64,000 nucleotides of DNA, from assembly GCA_964593745.1 (NCBI GenBank), contig CAZQHN010000002.1, positions 66,283-130,282 on the forward strand, given 5' to 3'. Below the pieces are notes generated by a model. The model was given only the letters and a program-made list of their open reading frames with translations. It was not told the DNA's origin and ran no database searches. Below, in pieces: positions 45,909-58,058 of this stretch. The first letter of the stretch is position 1. Every line of letters begins with the position of its first letter. Source of the DNA: an uncultured Gammaproteobacteria bacterium. Lineage in GTDB: Bacteria; Patescibacteriota; Patescibacteriia; Patescibacteriales; Patescibacteriaceae. The position numbers were made by a program, and so were the translations under genes.

Positions 45909-48428
45909 ATGCCTAAAGGAAAAAAAGCAGCTCCTCAGGAGAAAAAATTTAAATCAGAAGATACTAAGGATACAAAACTTAATCCAATTGGTGCTATTGA
46001 GGCCCAGCCAATTGTTGAAGAAATGCGTCGCTCTTATCTTGATTATGCTATGAGCGTGATTGTGGCGCGGGCTTTGCCTGACGTAAGAGATGGTTTAAAG
46101 CCAGTGCATCGTCGTATTTTGTATGCGATGTGGAATTTAGGTTTAAAGCCCAGTGCTAAGTTTAGAAAATCAGCCACCGTGGTTGGTGAAGTTTTAGGTA
46201 AATATCATCCTCATGGCGATAGTGCAGTGTATGATTCTATGGTGAGAATGGCACAAGATTTTGCAATGCGTTACCCTCTAGTTAGAGGTCAAGGTAATTT
46301 TGGTTCCATGGATGGAGATAATGCGGCCGCCATGCGTTATACGGAGGCCAAACTAGCGTCCATTTCAGAAGAATTACTCTTTGATATTGATAAAAAAACC
46401 GTTGATTTTTTACCTAATTTTGATGGCTCACAGCAAGAGCCAAGGGTCTTACCAGCTCGCTTACCTAATTTGCTATTAAACGGTAGTATGGGCATTGCCG
46501 TTGGTATGGCAACTAATATTCCGCCACATAATTTAAAAGAAGTGGCTGACGCTATTAACTATTTAATTGATAAACCCGAGGCTACGGTTGAAGATTTAAT
46601 GATGTTTGTTAAGGGACCTGATTTTCCCACTGGTGGTATAATTTATGATCGAGCAGAAATTATTCGGGCCTATACCACTGGTAAGGGCGGTATTGTGATG
46701 CGTGGTCGCGCTGAAGTAGTAGAAACTAAGCAAGGCGGTTTTGCTATTATTATCTCTGAAGTACCTTATCAGGTTAATAAAGCTGTCTTAGTAGAAAAAA
46801 TTGCCGAACTAGTTAAAGATAAAAAACTAGATGGTATTAAAGACTTACGTGACGAATCAGATAAGGACGGCGTCAGAGTAGTAGTAGAATTGAAAAAAGA
46901 TGCTTTTCCTAAAAAAGTTTTAAATAGTTTATATAAACAAACTCAACTACAAGAAACTTTTCATCTTAATTTATTAGCTTTGGTTGATGGTATTCAACCT
47001 AAGGTGCTTAATTTGAAATCGGTGTTAGAGGAATATATTAAGCATCGTATTGAAGTTGTCCGACGCCGCACTGAATTTGATTTAGACAAAGCTCGTGAGC
47101 GAGCTCATATTTTAGAAGGCTTGATGATTGCTTTAAAAAATATTGATGCCGTCATTAAAACTATTAAGGCTTCTCGCGATCGCGAGGAGGCTAAAATTAA
47201 TTTAATAAAAAAATTCAAATTATCTGATCGTCAAGCCCTAGCCATTGTGGAAATGAAGCTTGGCTCCCTCGCTAATTTAGAAAGATTAAATATTGAAAAA
47301 GAATTAAAAGACAAGCAAGCCTTAATTAAAGATTTAGAAAGTATACTTAAGTCACGCTCTAAAATTTTATCTATTATTAAAAAGGAAGTTAGTGAATTAA
47401 CTAATAAATTTGGAGATGAGCGTAAAACAGCAATTGTTGATCATGGTGTTAAAGAATTTAGTACTGAAGATTTAGTGCCTAACGAAGAGGTTATGGTTTT
47501 AATGACGCGTGATGGGTATATTAAGCGTTTACCTTTAGATACGTTTAAAGTTCAGGCTCGAGGTGGTAAGGGTGTAATTGGTCTAACCACCAAAGAAGAA
47601 GACATGGTGGAATTTCTTTTAACCACCATGACCCATAATGATATTTTATTCTTTACTACGCGTGGCCGGGTGTTTCAGCTTAAGGCGTATGAGATTCCCA
47701 CAGCGGCTCGCACAGGTAAGGGTCAAGCAATTGTGAATTTTCTACAATTGCCAGCTGATGAAAAAGTGACTTCAGTTTTACCTCTAGATAAACTTACTAA
47801 GAGCGCCTATTTATTTTTTGTGACTGAAAGAGGTTTGGTTAAAAAAGTTCCCTTAGAAGAATTTTCTAAAGTTAGGCGCAGTGGTTTGATTGCTATTAAA
47901 ATTAAGCCTGAAGATAAGTTAATTTGGGCTAAGCCTACTTCTGGCAAAGATGAAATTCAATTAATTACCGCACGTGGTCAAGCCATCCGTTTTAAAGAAA
48001 GTAATGTTAGACCAATGGGCAGAAATGCCTCTGGTGTGCTTGGTATTCGTTTAAAAAAGGGCGATAATGTGGTTGGTATGGGCGTTATTATTAATGACAA
48101 AGATAAATTAAAAAAGACACAAATTTTATCAGTCATGGCTAATGGTTTTGGTAAAAGGACTCCTTTGGGTTTTTATAAAGTTCAGGCTCGAGGTGGCAGT
48201 GGCATTAAGACTGCTAAGGTGACAGATAAAACTGGTCAGCTAACTAACGCTTTTGTTATTAATACTGAAGCCATGGTTAATAAAGATTTAATTATTATTT
48301 CTGCTCAGGGCCAGGTAATTAGATTACCTTTTAAATCAGTTAATCAATTAGGGCGCGATACTCAGGGCGTTCGTTTAATGCGCTTTAAAGAAGAGGGCGA
48401 TAGTGTGGCTTGTGTGACCTGGAGTTAA
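45909..48428 (+). CDS. gyrA: DNA gyrase subunit A
   Basis: [29 protein letters not shown], GyrA-box QARGGKG. Confidence 0.98.
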   Translation: MPKGKKAAPQEKKFKSEDTKDTKLNPIGAIEAQPIVEEMRRSYLDYAMSVIVARALPDVRDGLKPVHRRILYAMWNLGLKPSAKFRKSATVVGEVLGKYHPHGDSAVYDSMVRMAQDFAMRYPLVRGQGNFGSMDGDNAAAMRYTEAKLASISEELLFDIDKKTVDFLPNFDGSQQEPRVLPARLPNLLLNGSMGIAVGMATNIPPHNLKEVADAINYLIDKPEATVEDLMMFVKGPDFPTGGIIYDRAEIIRAYTTGKGGIVMRGRAEVVETKQGGFAIIISEVPYQVNKAVLVEKIAELVKDKKLDGIKDLRDESDKDGVRVVVELKKDAFPKKVLNSLYKQTQLQETFHLNLLALVDGIQPKVLNLKSVLEEYIKHRIEVVRRRTEFDLDKARERAHILEGLMIALKNIDAVIKTIKASRDREEAKINLIKKFKLSDRQALAIVEMKLGSLANLERLNIEKELKDKQALIKDLESILKSRSKILSIIKKEVSELTNKFGDERKTAIVDHGVKEFSTEDLVPNEEVMVLMTRDGYIKRLPLDTFKVQARGGKGVIGLTTKEEDMVEFLLTTMTHNDILFFTTRGRVFQLKAYEIPTAARTGKGQAIVNFLQLPADEKVTSVLPLDKLTKSAYLFFVTERGLVKKVPLEEFSKVRRSGLIAIKIKPEDKLIWAKPTSGKDEIQLITARGQAIRFKESNVRPMGRNASGVLGIRLKKGDNVVGMGVIINDKDKLKKTQILSVMANGFGKRTPLGFYKVQARGGSGIKTAKVTDKTGQLTNAFVINTEAMVNKDLIIISAQGQVIRLPFKSVNQLGRDTQGVRLMRFKEEGDSVACVTWS

Positions 48429-48489
48429 AGTTGACCCTGATTAAGTAATAAAGTATAATTAGAAAAATATTTATTATTAATTTTTATTT

Positions 48490-49533
48490 ATGGAACATGA
48501 AACATCAAATCATCATTTAGCTACCAAGTTAAAGAAAAAACTTGATCATAAATCAAACTTAATGATTGCTCTTGGTGCGGTTATAATTATTTTAATCGTA
48601 GTAGCGATTGTTAGTTTTGGTGGTGATAAATTTAACTTTAGTAAAAATTTAACGCCAGACGAAGCCAAGACTAAAGCTGAAGAATTTATTAATAAAAATT
48701 TAGTGGCTGAAGGAACGTCTGCTAGTATTATTGAAATTAGCGAATATAATAAGGGACTTTATAAATTAAAGGTTAAATATAATGAAAATGATATAGAATC
48801 TTATATTACTAAAGATGGTAAACAGTTTTTTACTAATGCCTATGACATTGATCAGATTAATAATGAAGTGTCAGACGAAGAATCCGACTCTGCGCCAACG
48901 GTCACGCCAGAAAATGTACCTAAAGCTGATAAACCAAAAGTTGAGGTTTTTGTAATGAGTCACTGTCCTTATGGCACGCAGATTGAAAAAGGTTTGGTGC
49001 CAGTTATGGAAACCTTAGGTAATAAAGCTGAGATTGAGATTAAGTTTGTTAATTACGCCATGCATGATCAAATTGAAATTGAAGATAATATTAAACAATA
49101 TTGTATTGGCAAAGAACAGGGAGATAAATATGTTGGTTTCTTGAAATGTTTTCTTAATTCTGGTGATTCTAAAAGTTGTGTAACTTCTAGCGGAGTTAAT
49201 CAGGCAAAATTAGATAGTTGCTATAATGCGACTGATAAAAAATTTAGTTTAATGAAAGATTTTAATGATAAAAATACTTGGAATGGTAGTTTTCCGCCTT
49301 TTTCAATTCATCAAGCCGAGAATGAACAATATGATATCCAGGGTTCGCCAACTTTAGTGATTAATGGTTCTCAGATTGAATCAGGTCGCGATAGTGCTAG
49401 TTTGTTAGCGGCTATTTGCGCTGGCTTTAATGAAGCGCCAGCTGAATGTAGTACTACTCTAGCTAGTGCTAGTCCAGCACCAGGCTTTGGTTCAGGAACA
49501 ACCTCTGACTCAACTGATGCGAGCTGTAATTAA
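48490..49533 (+). CDS. Membrane-anchored thioredoxin/DsbA-like protein
   Basis: FVMSHCPYG and IQGSPTLVING. Confidence 0.75.
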   Translation: MEHETSNHHLATKLKKKLDHKSNLMIALGAVIIILIVVAIVSFGGDKFNFSKNLTPDEAKTKAEEFINKNLVAEGTSASIIEISEYNKGLYKLKVKYNENDIESYITKDGKQFFTNAYDIDQINNEVSDEESDSAPTVTPENVPKADKPKVEVFVMSHCPYGTQIEKGLVPVMETLGNKAEIEIKFVNYAMHDQIEIEDNIKQYCIGKEQGDKYVGFLKCFLNSGDSKSCVTSSGVNQAKLDSCYNATDKKFSLMKDFNDKNTWNGSFPPFSIHQAENEQYDIQGSPTLVINGSQIESGRDSASLLAAICAGFNEAPAECSTTLASASPAPGFGSGTTSDSTDASCN

Positions 49534-49742
49534 GGTTTAAATTTTTAGGCCCCTGAATCCTATGTGGTTTAGGGGCTTTTTTACCCTTGATTTTTTTAAG
49601 CTCTTATGATATAAATAGTGTATTGAAAAAATAACTGAATACCGCTTTTTATTAAACTCTTAGTAAGCGGCTAAGAGACTCAACTTTTAAAGCTATTATT
49701 AGAGGTTTTTATAAAGTATGGGTTAAGTCAGTCTTTTTTTAT

Positions 49743-50927
49743 ATGTCAGATACTAATGCTACTCAACAAATTAGCGAATTTGCTAATTTAATTAAAGAAG
49801 ATGTTTTTAAAATTCCCCAAGTAGGCGATACTGTGACTGGGAATGTTTTAAGCGCTTCTAAAGCTGAAGTTCGCCTTGACATTGGCGGACGTTTAATTGG
49901 TGTAGTTAGGGGTCGTGAGCTTTATTTAGAAGCTGGTGAATATTCTAAATTAAAACCTGGCGATGTTATTGAAGCTACAATTATTGATGTCGAAAATGAA
50001 AATGGGGAATTAGAATTATCTTTTAGGCATGCTGGTGAAGAAAAAACTTGGCAAATATTAGAAGAAGCCTTTGCTAAAAAGACTCCAATTACAGTACGCA
50101 TTAACGCAGCTAATCGTGGAGGTTTATTAGTCAGCTATGCTCAAATTCCAGCCTTCTTGCCGGTTTCACAGTTATCACCAGAAAATTATCCTCGCGTTTC
50201 CGGGGGTGATAAAGCTAAAATTTTAGAAAAATTAAAATCTTTAGTGGGGACTGATTGCGAAGTTAAAATAATTACTTTTGATAAAAAAGATGGTAAGTTG
50301 GTTGTGAGTGAGAAAGATGCTTGGCAGGAAAAACAAAAAGATGTTATTTCTCAGTTTAAAGTTGGTGATACTATTGAGGGAAGAATTATTGCCGTAACTG
50401 GTTTTGGTATTTTTGTTAATTTTGGTGGTAACCTTGAAGGTTTGATTCATATTAGTGAATTAGCCTGGCAACGCATTGAAGATCCCTCTGAGGTTTATAA
50501 GGTGGGCGATATGATTAAGGCCGAAATTATTTCTATTGAGGGTGCTAAAATTTTCTTATCAGCTAAGAAATTAATGGACGATCCTTGGGCTGGTGTAGAA
50601 AAAAAATATGCGGTTAATCAAGTAGTTAAAGGCATAATTCTTAAAGTTAATCCCTTTGGTTTGTTTGTTGAATTAGATAAAGATATCCATGGGCTAGCTC
50701 ATATTAGTCAATTGGGCTTAGGAGCTGGTGAAAAAATCGATGATATTTTTAAAGTTGATCAAGAAATGGATTTTACTATTATTTCTTTAGATGCAGTGGA
50801 GCATCGTTTAGGTTTAGCTATTCCAGGTAAAAATAAAGTTAAAAAAAATGATAAGAAAAAAGAAGAAAGTAAAGAAGCTGAACTAAGGCCCGAGGAAGAT
50901 TCTGTGTCTTCAAAAGAAGAAGCTTAA
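49743..50927 (+). CDS. rpsA: 30S ribosomal protein S1 (four S1 domains)
   Basis: AFLPVSQL, EGLIHISEL, HGLAHISQL. Confidence 0.93.
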   Translation: MSDTNATQQISEFANLIKEDVFKIPQVGDTVTGNVLSASKAEVRLDIGGRLIGVVRGRELYLEAGEYSKLKPGDVIEATIIDVENENGELELSFRHAGEEKTWQILEEAFAKKTPITVRINAANRGGLLVSYAQIPAFLPVSQLSPENYPRVSGGDKAKILEKLKSLVGTDCEVKIITFDKKDGKLVVSEKDAWQEKQKDVISQFKVGDTIEGRIIAVTGFGIFVNFGGNLEGLIHISELAWQRIEDPSEVYKVGDMIKAEIISIEGAKIFLSAKKLMDDPWAGVEKKYAVNQVVKGIILKVNPFGLFVELDKDIHGLAHISQLGLGAGEKIDDIFKVDQEMDFTIISLDAVEHRLGLAIPGKNKVKKNDKKKEESKEAELRPEEDSVSSKEEA

Positions 50928-51033
50928 TAAATAAAATTAGCCCTGCACCGTACGGTGCAGGGCTAATTGTTTGAGCGTTTTAGGTTAAAATGATATAATA
51001 GATTTATAAATTTATTTTTAATTTAATTAATAT

Positions 51034-51246
51034 ATGGCTAATTTATTAGAAATAACACGTCGTAAAATTTCTGAAATACAGCGCTTCTTTATTGTCATTG
51101 GTTCAGCTATGTTGGTTTTGGCAGTGTTAATTGTTTGGACTGATGTGGTTTTAAGGCTGTTTGTTGGTTTGGTAATTTTACTAGTGTCTTACAGTCTATT
51201 TTACGTGGCTTATAAAGTTCACGTTATTAAGAAGATGCTTGACTAG
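51034..51246 (+). CDS. Small two-TM membrane protein
   Basis: 70 aa, two hydrophobic segments. Confidence 0.7.
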   Translation: MANLLEITRRKISEIQRFFIVIGSAMLVLAVLIVWTDVVLRLFVGLVILLVSYSLFYVAYKVHVIKKMLD

Positions 51247-51270
51247 CCAGGGGTTTCATTGTAAACTATT

Positions 51271-53100
51271 TTGACTATGAAACCCTTAGTTAAGAATCTG
51301 TTTATTCTTTTAGTAGCGTTCCTGTTTTTAGGAGCGCTCCTTTCGCTTTGGCAAAGTGATAAAAATTCAGTTGAACAAATTTCTTTAAATCAGTTAGCTA
51401 GTGAGATTAAAGAAGATACGGTAGAAAAAATTGATGTTAAAGAAAATCAGTTAAAGGTTTTTCTTAAAGACGGTAAAGAACAATTAGCCACTAAAGAAGC
51501 AGGCCAGCCTTTGACCGAACTTTTGGCTGGCCTAGGTGTAGATACTGAAAAAATTTCTCAGTTACCGATTAAAATAGAAACTGATTCAGCCCTTAATTCT
51601 TGGTTAGGAATTATTTTGCCTTTTATTATTCCCTTACTTTTGATTGGGGTTTTTATTTATTTTATGTTGCGCTCGGTGCAAGGGGCTAATAATCGTGCTT
51701 TAATGTTTGGTCAATCACAGGCAAGGGAAGCTGACAATAAAAATAAGACCAAAATTACTTTTAAAGATGTGGCGGGTGTTAAAGAAGCTAAAGAAGAATT
51801 AAAAGAAGTGGTTGATTTTTTACGCGAACCGCAAAAATTTACTGCCCTAGGAGCTCGTATTCCGCGCGGCGTCCTTCTCCTTGGTAGTCCAGGCACAGGT
51901 AAAACTCTTTTAGCCCGTGCGGTATCAGGCGAAGCTAATGTACCTTTCTTTAGTATTTCCGGTTCGGAATTTGTAGAAATGTTTGTTGGCGTAGGTGCTT
52001 CTCGCGTACGCGATTTATTTAAGAAAGCAAAAAAGAGCGCGCCTTGTATTATTTTTATTGATGAAATTGATGCTGTCGGACGTAAACGTGGTGCCGGTCT
52101 TGGTGGTTCGCATGATGAACGTGAGCAAACTTTAAACCAGATTTTAGTAGAAATGGATGGGTTTGAAATTAATGATGGCGTGATTGTAATGGCCGCAACT
52201 AATCGACCTGATGTCTTAGATCCAGCTCTATTAAGACCTGGTCGATTTGATCGTCAGGTGGTATTAGATGAACCCGACATTGCTGATCGTGAAGCTATTT
52301 TAGAAATTCATGCGCGCAAAAAACCCTTAACTAAAGATGTGTCTTTAAGAAAAATTGCTGAACGTACACCCGGCTTTTCCGGCGCTGATTTAGCTAATGT
52401 TTTAAATGAAGGCGCAATTTTAGCTGCACGTCATAATAAAAAAATTATTTCCATGGCGGAATTATTTGAAGCGATTGAAAAAGTTATGCTTGGACCAGAA
52501 AGAAAATCTCGAATTTTAAATCCTAAAGAAAAAGAAGTGACAGCCTATCATGAAGCTGGTCATGCGATTGTGGCGCATTTTTCCCCGAACGCTGACCCGG
52601 TTCATAAAATTTCCATTATTTCTCGCGGCGTAGCCGGCGGCTATACTTTAAAAGTCCCAATCGAAGATAGACATATGCATACTAAAGAATATTTTTTGGA
52701 TGAAATTGCCGTTTTGCTTAGCGGCTATATTACTGAGCAATTTATTTTTAATGAAGTGACTACCGGAGCGACGTCTGATTTAAGACGAGCCACAGCTTTA
52801 GCTCGTCGTTTAGTCACTGATTTTGGTATGTCAGATAAATTAGGTCCGCGTACTTTTGGTGAGAAAGAAGAAATGATTTTTTTGGGTCGTGAGATTCATG
52901 AGCAAAGAGATTATAGTGAAAAAGTAGCTGAAGAAATTGATAGGGAAATTAACTATTTTATTAATGAAGGTCGGGTTCGAGCAACTAAAATCATTAAAGA
53001 CCATAAAGCCATATTAGATAAAATTGCTAAGGTTTTATTAGAGAAAGAAACCATTGAACAGGTTGAATTTAATGATTTAGTGAGTGAAAATAATAATTAA
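51271..53100 (+). CDS. ftsH: ATP-dependent zinc metalloprotease FtsH
   Basis: [29 protein letters not shown]. Confidence 0.98.
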   Translation: MTMKPLVKNLFILLVAFLFLGALLSLWQSDKNSVEQISLNQLASEIKEDTVEKIDVKENQLKVFLKDGKEQLATKEAGQPLTELLAGLGVDTEKISQLPIKIETDSALNSWLGIILPFIIPLLLIGVFIYFMLRSVQGANNRALMFGQSQAREADNKNKTKITFKDVAGVKEAKEELKEVVDFLREPQKFTALGARIPRGVLLLGSPGTGKTLLARAVSGEANVPFFSISGSEFVEMFVGVGASRVRDLFKKAKKSAPCIIFIDEIDAVGRKRGAGLGGSHDEREQTLNQILVEMDGFEINDGVIVMAATNRPDVLDPALLRPGRFDRQVVLDEPDIADREAILEIHARKKPLTKDVSLRKIAERTPGFSGADLANVLNEGAILAARHNKKIISMAELFEAIEKVMLGPERKSRILNPKEKEVTAYHEAGHAIVAHFSPNADPVHKISIISRGVAGGYTLKVPIEDRHMHTKEYFLDEIAVLLSGYITEQFIFNEVTTGATSDLRRATALARRLVTDFGMSDKLGPRTFGEKEEMIFLGREIHEQRDYSEKVAEEIDREINYFINEGRVRATKIIKDHKAILDKIAKVLLEKETIEQVEFNDLVSENNN

Positions 53101-53211
53101 TTTTTGCAGATTTAAGTAGGGCTCTTTTATGGGCTCTACTTTTTTATTGCCTTATTTAAAGACTATTGGTTTTATGGTATAATAAAGATAATTAATTTTA
53201 ATTAAATTACT

Positions 53212-54216
53212 ATGTCTTTATATCGCTCTATTGTCAGGCAGTCATTTATTGTTGCCTGGAAACATAAATATCTTTGGTTTTTTGGTTTATTTGCCTCAAT
53301 TTTAGTAAGTAATTTTGAGGTTGGCTTAATAAACCATTTTACTAATAAAGGTAGCTCGACAATTTATGATTGGAAGGCCTGGGCTGAGACAGGTATTTTT
53401 AGCCCCCAGGCCTGGTCTAATTTTATTGAGTTAATTAGAATAGATACTTGGTCGTTTATTTCTTTAGTGTTAGTATTTTTGGTTTTATTGGCTTTGCTTT
53501 TAGCTTTATTATGGTTATCGGTTGTTTCCCAAGGTGGTTTAGTTAATAATGTTTCTCGTGCCTTAGCTGAGGGTTCTAAGAGTTTAACTAAAGCAGAAAA
53601 AAAACATGATACGGCAGTTGGTTTTCGTGAAGGCAAAAAAAAGTTTTGGCCCTTACTTTGGCTTAATATTTTAGTTAGAGTAATAGTTTACGTCTTGGCT
53701 TTAATAACGATCGCGCCGATTGTTGTATCAGCTAAGTTAAACCTAACTATGGCTATTACTTATTATATAGTGTTTATTTTATTATTATTAGTTTCTTTAG
53801 TTTTAGCTTTTATAACTAAATATGCTATCACTTATATAATTTTAAAAGATAAATCTTTTGGCCAGTCAATTGTTTCGGCTTGGAGATTATTTAAAGATAA
53901 TTGGCTAGTTAGTTTAGAGATGACTTTAATTTTATTTGCCATCAGTATTGTTTTTAGTTTGGGTTTGATTTTAGCTGTTTTGGTTCTAGCTATACCATTA
54001 ACCATTCTTTATGTGATTAGTGTTTTAGTTGGTTCTTTCCCGATTTTCTTTGCTATTATTATTTTAGGTGTTATTTTATCTTTGGCAATTATTGTTATTG
54101 GTGGGGCATTTTTAACCGTTATTCAAACTACGGCTTGGGTATCATTATTTAATCAATTAACCGTTGGTAAGGGCCCGGAAAGTAAATTAGAAAGAGTGTT
54201 TGGGAAGATTTTGTAG
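53212..54216 (+). CDS. Hypothetical multi-pass membrane protein
   Basis: WKHKYLWFFGLFA and multiple TM segments. Confidence 0.8.
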   Translation: MSLYRSIVRQSFIVAWKHKYLWFFGLFASILVSNFEVGLINHFTNKGSSTIYDWKAWAETGIFSPQAWSNFIELIRIDTWSFISLVLVFLVLLALLLALLWLSVVSQGGLVNNVSRALAEGSKSLTKAEKKHDTAVGFREGKKKFWPLLWLNILVRVIVYVLALITIAPIVVSAKLNLTMAITYYIVFILLLLVSLVLAFITKYAITYIILKDKSFGQSIVSAWRLFKDNWLVSLEMTLILFAISIVFSLGLILAVLVLAIPLTILYVISVLVGSFPIFFAIIILGVILSLAIIVIGGAFLTVIQTTAWVSLFNQLTVGKGPESKLERVFGKIL

Positions 54217-54259
54217 AGTTTAAATTAAAATCCTCCGATCTTTTGATCGGAGGATTTTT

Positions 54260-56074
54260 TTAAACTCTAATAATCACCGGTAAAAATAAGGGGCGACGCT
54301 TAGTTTGTTGAAATAAAAATTTACTTAGTTCAGTTCTGAATTTATTTTTAAGATAATCATCTTCAGTCATACCAGGTTGTGGCATTGGTCGACTTTTAAT
54401 AATTAATTTTATTTTTTGGCGTAGTTTTTGAATAAGATCTTGATTTTCTTTCATGTAAATAAAACCGCGCGAAATTATATCTGGGCTACCAATTAAATCA
54501 CCGGTTTTAGAGTCAATTGTTGCAATGATAACTACCATACCTTCTTCTGACATCATTTTACGATCGCGTAATACCACATTATTATTGGAATCAGTCACGC
54601 CCATCCCATCAACAAAGACATAATTAGCCGGCACTTTTTCTTTACTTAAGTGAGCGCCTTGCTTGGTAAATTCTATGACTGAACCATTATCAGGCACAAA
54701 AACTCTTTTCGGATTAAAGCCAATACTGACGGCTAATTTTTGGGCTTCTTTAAGCATATAATGATTAGCATAAACCGGAATATAATAATCTGGTCTAATA
54801 AGTTTTAGCATATTAGCAATATCATCTTTAGTACCGTGACCAGAAATATGAATGTCCATTAAACTGCCATGAATAACATTATCGCACTGGCGATATAAAT
54901 TATCTTTTAAGCGTTGAATACTTCTTTCATTACCAGGAATAATCGAGGAAGAAAAGACGATAGTGTCATTTTTTTTGATTTTAATATATTTATGATTACC
55001 TTCAGTAATGCGGGTTAAGGCTGAGTTTTCTTCACCTTGTGCTCCAGGGCAGACAATCACTATTTTATTTTCTGGATAATTATGAATTTGCTCAGCTTTA
55101 ATAATGGTATCTTTTTTGCATTTGATATAACCTAATTCCCGAGCAATTTCAATATTAGTTTTCATGCTGTAGCCATCCAACGCAACTTTTTTACCTAAAC
55201 TTTCCGCAATACTAATAATCCAGCCCACTCTTTCAATTTGTGAAGAAAAAGTACCGATAATAATTCGACTAGGTGCTTTATTAATTAAATCATATAGGGT
55301 TTGTTTTAGCTCATCGCCTGTTGGACTTTCTTTAGTAGACACTACACCTAAGCTTTCTAGCATTAAAATAGTTGGGCGAGTTAATTTAGCTAAGTGAGAG
55401 TAGTCTACAACTGGTTTACCATTTTTTCCTTTTTCCATTGTCCAATCGCCGGGGTGAATCACTGTACCGCAAGGCGTAGTAATAATAACTCCCACTGCAT
55501 CCATAATTGAGTGTTCAATTTGGAAAAAGCTAACTTTAAATGAACCTAGGCTAAGTTTGTCATTAATACCTTTAATTAAAATAGTTTTTAATTTTTTAGA
55601 ACTATTAGGTTCATAATCTTCGACGCGGTGCTTGATCATGGCTAAGGTTAAATTGCGGCCAATCACTGGCGGGTTGTTTAGTTTTTTAAGTAAAATTGGT
55701 GCCGCGCCAATGTGGTCCAAGTGACCATGAGAAAAAATAACTCCTTTTATATTTTTTTCTTTGCCTTTGAGGTATTCAACGTTGGGTATAATATAATCAA
55801 TGCCTAGCATGTCTTCTTCAGGAAATTGTAAACCCATGTCTAAAATAATAATGTCATTATTATATTCAAATAAAGTCATGTTGCGTCCGACTTCTTCACA
55901 GCCGCCCAAAGGAATAATCCGTAGTTTACTTTTATCAGATCCACGATTAATCATCGTCGGATGATGTTTTGGTTGGTTAGGTAAACGTCGTTGTCCACTA
56001 GGTCTACTTTTTGGCCCTGTGTGCCTGGTTGGTTTTATATTTTTATATTTTGTAATCATAAAATTTAGTTGCAA
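54260..56074 (-). CDS. rnj: Ribonuclease J
   Basis: PLGGCEEVGRN, HGHLDHIG, IPGNE, HISGHG. Confidence 0.96.
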   Translation of the reverse strand: MQLNFMITKYKNIKPTRHTGPKSRPSGQRRLPNQPKHHPTMINRGSDKSKLRIIPLGGCEEVGRNMTLFEYNNDIIILDMGLQFPEEDMLGIDYIIPNVEYLKGKEKNIKGVIFSHGHLDHIGAAPILLKKLNNPPVIGRNLTLAMIKHRVEDYEPNSSKKLKTILIKGINDKLSLGSFKVSFFQIEHSIMDAVGVIITTPCGTVIHPGDWTMEKGKNGKPVVDYSHLAKLTRPTILMLESLGVVSTKESPTGDELKQTLYDLINKAPSRIIIGTFSSQIERVGWIISIAESLGKKVALDGYSMKTNIEIARELGYIKCKKDTIIKAEQIHNYPENKIVIVCPGAQGEENSALTRITEGNHKYIKIKKNDTIVFSSSIIPGNERSIQRLKDNLYRQCDNVIHGSLMDIHISGHGTKDDIANMLKLIRPDYYIPVYANHYMLKEAQKLAVSIGFNPKRVFVPDNGSVIEFTKQGAHLSKEKVPANYVFVDGMGVTDSNNNVVLRDRKMMSEEGMVVIIATIDSKTGDLIGSPDIISRGFIYMKENQDLIQKLRQKIKLIIKSRPMPQPGMTEDDYLKNKFRTELSKFLFQQTKRRPLFLPVIIRV

Positions 56075-56144
56075 GTAAAAAGTTAAAAGTTAAACGTGTT
56101 TATTAATTTTACTTTTAACTTTTGACTTTTAACTTATTTATTCG

Positions 56145-56230
56145 TGCCGAAGGAGGGAGTTGAACCCTCATCTCGCTAAGCGAGACAGCGCCCTGAACGC
56201 TGCGCGTCTACCAAGTTTCGCCACTTCGGC
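56145..56230 (-). tRNA. tRNA-Leu(CAG)
   Basis: GCCGAAG/CTTCGGC acceptor, CAGCG-TTCAGGG-CGCTG anticodon arm, long variable arm. Confidence 0.95.
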
Positions 56231-56241
56231 TTTTAAAATAA

Positions 56242-58050
56242 TTAATTTTTTATAGCATGATCAGTTTTGCTGTACCAGTAATTAGCTTGGTTAAAACGCT
56301 CTGAAGGGTCTTCTAAGGTTTGTTTATTAAAGCCCTTTATTTTTTTACTTTGTGGATAAACATAAGCTTGCCAGTAAAGCGGTGATGCAGGCACTTCATC
56401 AGCGGCGGCGGCTAAAAAATGATGATAGCGATCAGCGGCTGTAATCTCATCGCTTAAACGAGCTTCTTCTAAGGCTTGGGCAATTTCTGGCTTATTCCAA
56501 CCACTAATATTTTGTGAGCTATCTTTTTGCCATAAAGAATAAGGGTCGCCTTGGTTAATAGTCATGGAATAGAGCAAGGCTTCAAATTGACCAGTATTTA
56601 AAATATCTTTTGTAAAATCATCATTAGTTTTAAGGCTAAGCTCAGTTTTAATCCCTAATTCTTGCCAACTGGCAACAATGTTATCTGCCAAGTTTTTAAA
56701 TTTTTCTGGCGCCACTAAATAAATAATTAAAGCCTTATTGTCTTTAAAATACCATTCACCAACGCCAACTTTAATAATCTCTCCATTAGCCGGTTCTTGT
56801 TTAGCCTGTTCTAAATCTTGTTCGGTAATGGTTTTTTTCTGCCAGCCTGTTTCTGCTAATAAATTTTTGGTTTTTTCAGGGTCAAATTTAAAAAGATTGT
56901 CATTGCCAGGAACAAAAGATGGTAAAAGTGTTTGTGAGGCAATTCCCCAGCGACCAACTGTTTTTTGGGTTAGGAAGTCTTGATCTAGCGCCGCAGCTAA
57001 AGCTTGTCTTATTTTTTTATCATTAATTAAATTCTTACTTTTAAGATTAAAAAACAAAGCGACTAATTCCGGTAAAGCAACTTGATGATAATCTAAGGAA
57101 TTTTTAGTAATAATAGAGCTTGCTCTTTCACTGTCTAAATAAGTTAAGCCAGAAATTTGTCCATTATTAAGTGCAGCGATCATTTCTTCTTTAGTAGGGA
57201 AAAATTTAAAAGTAATTTCATCAAGGTATGATGCAGTGCCGTAATAATTTTTATTACGTTCTATTGTATAAGAACGAATCGTTCCGTTTTTACTTTTGAT
57301 TAAGGACTTAAAGCTAAAGGGGCCTGAACCAATAGGTTTAATATTTAATTCAGTTAAGGTGATTGTTTCTGAAGTAATTGCTTCCCATTCGCTAGCAGGC
57401 ATAATACCGAAATCAAGTAAACGAGGAAATTCTCGGTAGGGTTCCTGAAGATTAAATACAATAGTTTGGTCATCTAATTTAGTTAAGCTAACTCCTGTAT
57501 ATCTATCTTTAAGAGGTGATTTATAATCAGGGTTAATCAGGGTGTTAAAAGTGAAAATTACATCATCGACCGTTACTGGGTTACCATTGTGCCAGTAAGC
57601 TGGGCGAAGTTTTATGGTATAAGCTTTTTTATCATCTGATAAGCTAAAGCTTTCGACTAAGTCTGGTATCATGTGACCAGCTTCATCCTTGGTGAACAGA
57701 CGAGAAAAGATTAATTTTTCCAAATCAGCATCAGCGTCATTCAGTGAGGCATAGAGTGGATTAATATATTGCGGATTACCCACTAAGCCCTCTTCATAAC
57801 TATTGCCCGCTGCAGGTACTAGTTCAACCTTTTGTTTATAAAAAGTAAAGCTTATAAAAGCTAAGGCTCCCAAGCCAACTAATAAACAAAGGTAAACTAT
57901 AATTCTTTCTTTAACCGAAAGAAATTTGCCAAGATATTTGATCTGTCGTGGCCCTGGTATTCTTGATTTAGATAAATGAAGGACCAGTGTTTGATCAAGA
58001 TGATTTTTAGGAGAAGATTTTTTTAAATGCCAACGTTTTAAAAAAGACAT
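56242..58050 (-). CDS. Peptide ABC transporter substrate-binding protein (family 5)
   Basis: PQYINPL, WHNGNPVTVDDVIFT, PIGSGPF, IRQALAAALD. Confidence 0.9.
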   Translation of the reverse strand: MSFLKRWHLKKSSPKNHLDQTLVLHLSKSRIPGPRQIKYLGKFLSVKERIIVYLCLLVGLGALAFISFTFYKQKVELVPAAGNSYEEGLVGNPQYINPLYASLNDADADLEKLIFSRLFTKDEAGHMIPDLVESFSLSDDKKAYTIKLRPAYWHNGNPVTVDDVIFTFNTLINPDYKSPLKDRYTGVSLTKLDDQTIVFNLQEPYREFPRLLDFGIMPASEWEAITSETITLTELNIKPIGSGPFSFKSLIKSKNGTIRSYTIERNKNYYGTASYLDEITFKFFPTKEEMIAALNNGQISGLTYLDSERASSIITKNSLDYHQVALPELVALFFNLKSKNLINDKKIRQALAAALDQDFLTQKTVGRWGIASQTLLPSFVPGNDNLFKFDPEKTKNLLAETGWQKKTITEQDLEQAKQEPANGEIIKVGVGEWYFKDNKALIIYLVAPEKFKNLADNIVASWQELGIKTELSLKTNDDFTKDILNTGQFEALLYSMTINQGDPYSLWQKDSSQNISGWNKPEIAQALEEARLSDEITAADRYHHFLAAAADEVPASPLYWQAYVYPQSKKIKGFNKQTLEDPSERFNQANYWYSKTDHAIKN

Positions 58051-58058
58051 AAGTCAGG

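Noticed and set aside
47550..48210. Repeated TAAAGTTCAGGCTCGAGGTGG within gyrA
   Set aside because: Explained by the repeated blades (QARGG motif) of the GyrA C-terminal domain
49640..49680. Possible pseudoknot in the rpsA leader
   Set aside because: Stems are short and cannot be distinguished from chance without homologs
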